DNA from: Prochlorococcus marinus str. NATL2A
GTDB lineage: Bacteria; Cyanobacteriota; Cyanobacteriia; PCC-6307; Cyanobiaceae
Reading direction: 5' to 3'
Length of the DNA: 32,000 nucleotides
Assembly: GCF_000012465.1 (NCBI RefSeq)
Contig: NC_007335.2
Coordinates: forward strand, 1,560,001-1,592,000
A model generated the notes under the pieces. That model made no database searches and had not been told where the DNA came from. It saw only the letters and a program-made list of their open reading frames with translations. A program made the translations under genes and the position numbers. This document shows positions 30,426 through 32,000 of the stretch, piece after piece (position 1 is the first letter of the stretch; every line of letters begins with the position of its first letter).

Positions 30426-30521
30426 ATCCCCCTCAGACGCAGCAAAAATCCCCCTCAACGAGCGTGAAACCGATTGACATATCAGAGATCTCTCTCCTAG
30501 TGAGTTCTCAAAATCCCCCTC
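30426..30521 (+). repeat. Three dispersed copies of the AATCCCCCTC motif in the inter-paralog spacer
   Basis: ATCCCCCTC occurs at 30426-30434, 30448-30456 and 30513-30521. The same motif occurs twice in tandem with 12-nt spacing at 28007-28027 and again at 31607-31627. All seven copies are on the plus strand. Confidence 0.85.
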
Positions 30522-30662
30522 GCACTTTTCGTTCTGTATGGCACACTAAGGGACCGCTTGAAACTCTTAAACTTTCAAAACCATTACTACGACTGTATTC
30601 TTGCTTTTTCTGGGAACGCCTGAAACGCTCTGAAACTAATTAAGAACGGAGAGGGAGGACTT

Positions 30663-30812
30663 TTGAGTGACACCAAGTGGACTGTGGTGAAGCAGCATTA
30701 CGCAAGGAGATGGGATTTTTGGGTTATTCCACCCAACATTCCACCCAACACAATTCAAATGTTATTTAAGGAGCACGATTACACTCTAAAATATACCTTC
30801 AAAATGAAGTGA
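30663..30812 (+). CDS. Candidate 49-aa ORF (TTG start) behind a strong Shine-Dalgarno-like sequence
   Basis: GGAGAGGGAGGA (30648-30659) is followed 3 nt later by TTG. The translation is (M)SDTKWTVVKQHYARRWDFWVIPPNIPPNTIQMLFKEHDYTLKYTFKMK*. Purine-first codon bias looks coding-like. It is below the track's size cut-off, and I recognised no homolog. Confidence 0.3.
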   Translation: MSDTKWTVVKQHYARRWDFWVIPPNIPPNTIQMLFKEHDYTLKYTFKMK

Positions 30813-30860
30813 GGGTCTCAAGGTCGCTGAAGCAGCAGGATCCCTTTCTTAATGCAAAAA

Positions 30861-31031
30861 TTAAGGTTTCCAATACTCATCCCATTCATCCTGAAGTTCT
30901 TTCTGCGATAAAGAGTTGTAGAAACCTCTCCACTTCTTTTCTGAATTTGCGTCAGTTGCACTCAATGACACCATTAGATCTATTGCTTCTTCTTTGGTAA
31001 AGGATTTGCCTTGATTTGATTTGAATATCAC
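30861..31031 (-). CDS. Candidate 56-aa ORF (GTG start) directly in frame after the stop of the upstream 76-aa ORF
   Basis: GTG at 31031-31029 immediately follows the TAA at 31034-31032. The translation is VIFKSNQGKSFTKEEAIDLMVSLSATDANSEKKWRGFYNSLSQKELQDEWDEYWKP*. Its composition and codon pattern look more coding-like than the overlapping plus-strand track ORF 30809..31000. Confidence 0.35.
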   Translation of the reverse strand: MIFKSNQGKSFTKEEAIDLMVSLSATDANSEKKWRGFYNSLSQKELQDEWDEYWKP

Positions 31032-31262
31032 TTACGAAGCAATCTCCTCCCAAGGATCACGTGAAGATAGTTCCTTGAATGGTATCAATTTAAAATCACC
31101 TCTCCTGATACCACTACAGATCAATCCATCTGGATGTTCTCTCTTAAATATTTCAACTGCATCTTCTTTTCGTTCTGATGGAATAGTGACTTTATAAATC
31201 ACATCACCTGAATCACGAATCTTATAAACAAAAATCCAATTATATTCTTTACTATCCATCAT
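31032..31262 (-). CDS. Hypothetical protein (76 aa)
   Basis: ATG ORF with balanced composition: MMDSKEYNWIFVYKIRDSGDVIYKVTIPSERKEDAVEIFKREHPDG.... I recognised no family. Confidence 0.5.
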   Translation of the reverse strand: MMDSKEYNWIFVYKIRDSGDVIYKVTIPSERKEDAVEIFKREHPDGLICSGIRRGDFKLIPFKELSSRDPWEEIAS

Positions 31263-31473
31263 CAGTTCATGCTGACTAACTTTGTTTTAACTCACTTTGG
31301 TCTGATGAACCAATTACACAAATGGAAACAGGTGTTTTCTCTCATGTTCCAATGATTTTGTTTAATTAGAAATGGGTTGGAGTTCTAGCACTTGTCTTCC
31401 CGTAGGTCAGGGAAGTGGTTAGTTAAAGGGAATCGGATTGTTCACATGGATACACAAGTGCTGAACTTAAATT

Positions 31474-31503
31474 GAAGTGGGCAACCAAAATCTTGCCCAC
31501 TTC
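31474..31503. terminator. 11-bp perfect GC-containing hairpin abutting repeat copy 2
   Basis: GAAGTGGGCAA (31474-31484) is the exact reverse complement of TTGCCCACTTC (31493-31503), with an 8-nt loop. It is followed by TTTAAT on the plus strand and AATTTAAGTT on the minus strand. Which transcript it ends is unknown. Confidence 0.4.
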
Positions 31504-31516
31504 TTTAATGGAAGAA

Positions 31517-32000
31517 ATTAAGAACGGAGAGGGAGTAATTCCCATTAGAGCAAAAAAGAACGGGACGGAACGGGTTGGGAATAGTTGTTGAGGGGAGAGC
31601 GGAAAAATCCCCCTCAAAATCCCCCTCATTAGAAAAATATTAATTAAAAGCTATTATATTGAATTGTAGAATTACTGAACTTGTAAGTTCGAAAAAAGTT
31701 TTGACATCTCGTGATAAAGATCAAGGAAAAAAGAAAATCAAGAATGTTAAAACATACCCAGTTCCATTCACTTTAGAAGAAAAAAAGGAAAATATTACTA
31801 TTAATACAAACACGCCTTCTCAACCTTCTAAAGAACAAATAATCAATCAAGCAATTGAATTTCATTCACAAGGAAATATTCCAGAAGCGGCAAAATATTA
31901 TAAAAATTTCATCAATAAAGGATTCAAAGATGAGAGAGCTTTTTCTAATTATGGAGTCATATTAAAAAGTCTTGGTAAATTAAAAGAAGCAGAAATATCA
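31517..32000 (+). repeat. Direct repeat, copy 2 (leader + 5' end of second TPR paralog)
   Basis: See copy 1. Identity continues to the window edge, so the true repeat length is unknown. Confidence 0.95.
31659..32000 (+). CDS. Second TPR-repeat (presumably TPR-oxygenase) paralog, 5' partial
   Basis: The same frame as 28059..29897 shifted by 3600 nt is open for 114 codons to the window edge. In the shared coding part I count 2 synonymous and 3 non-synonymous differences (K->E, F->I, Q->K). Confidence 0.8.
   Translation, partial: MNCRITELVSSKKVLTSRDKDQGKKKIKNVKTYPVPFTLEEKKENITINTNTPSQPSKEQIINQAIEFHSQGNIPEAAKYYKNFINKGFKDERAFSNYGVILKSLGKLKEAEIS

Noticed and set aside
30465-30636. TGAAAC repeats considered as a degenerate CRISPR array (repeats ending GAAAC)
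   Set aside because: Only a 6-mer is shared, spacings are irregular (94, 62 and 10 nt), and there is no 24-40-nt repeat unit and no cas gene in the window.
30809-31000. 63-aa plus-strand track ORF (GTG start)
   Set aside because: Its first-codon-position purine content is low (about 44 percent by my count) and its composition is Leu/Ser-rich. The overlapping minus-strand frame (30861..31031) looks more coding-like (about 61 percent). The GTGA overlap with the 49-aa ORF is noted but is not enough.
31423-31629. 68-aa minus-strand track ORF spanning leader copy 2
   Set aside because: It runs through the conserved non-coding element. In copy 1 the indel changes the frame and the translation diverges completely after ~14 residues, so it is not conserved as protein.

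Overview
This window looks like a low-GC marine picocyanobacterial chromosome, Prochlorococcus-like. That call rests on the PsaA/PsaB, PsaI-PsaL and Fd-GOGAT sequences and the AT-rich composition; it comes from memory, not a search.

Positions 1 to about 26,000 are core genome. The genes, in order, are:
- the 3' end of rne, then rnhB
- a DUF1997-like gene
- pheA
- a tocopherol/plastoquinone-type methyltransferase
- a LON N-domain protein
- the str operon on the minus strand (rpsL-rpsG-fusA-tuf-rpsJ)
- glsF (ferredoxin-dependent glutamate synthase)
- a YciI-like gene
- lipA
- a cbiG/cobJ fusion
- psaA-psaB with a terminator
- psaI-psaL (psaI is missing from the ORF track)
- a small envelope cluster: a HEAT-like protein, a GT2 glycosyltransferase, an NlpC/P60 peptidase and a class-A beta-lactamase-like serine hydrolase

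From about 26,000 to 32,000 the sequence looks accessory. It contains:
- a membrane protein of unknown function
- a very unusual tail-anchored protein built from about 36 tandem Lys/Ala hexapeptides
- a TPR + putative 2OG-Fe(II) oxygenase fusion gene whose 5' end and about 140 nt of GC-rich upstream leader recur almost identically 3,600 bp downstream, where a second paralog begins and is cut by the window edge
- a spacer between the two paralogs holding a strand-asymmetric, motif-dense GC-rich non-coding block (AATCCCCCTC x7 across the locus, TCCACCCAA x3, TGAAAC x4), several sub-60-aa ORFs and a strong hairpin

I found no rRNA, tRNA, CRISPR array, transposase or integrase. The best candidates for something undescribed are the Lys/Ala repeat protein and the repeated leader/motif system tied to the TPR-oxygenase cassette. 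All functional ideas about them are inference.
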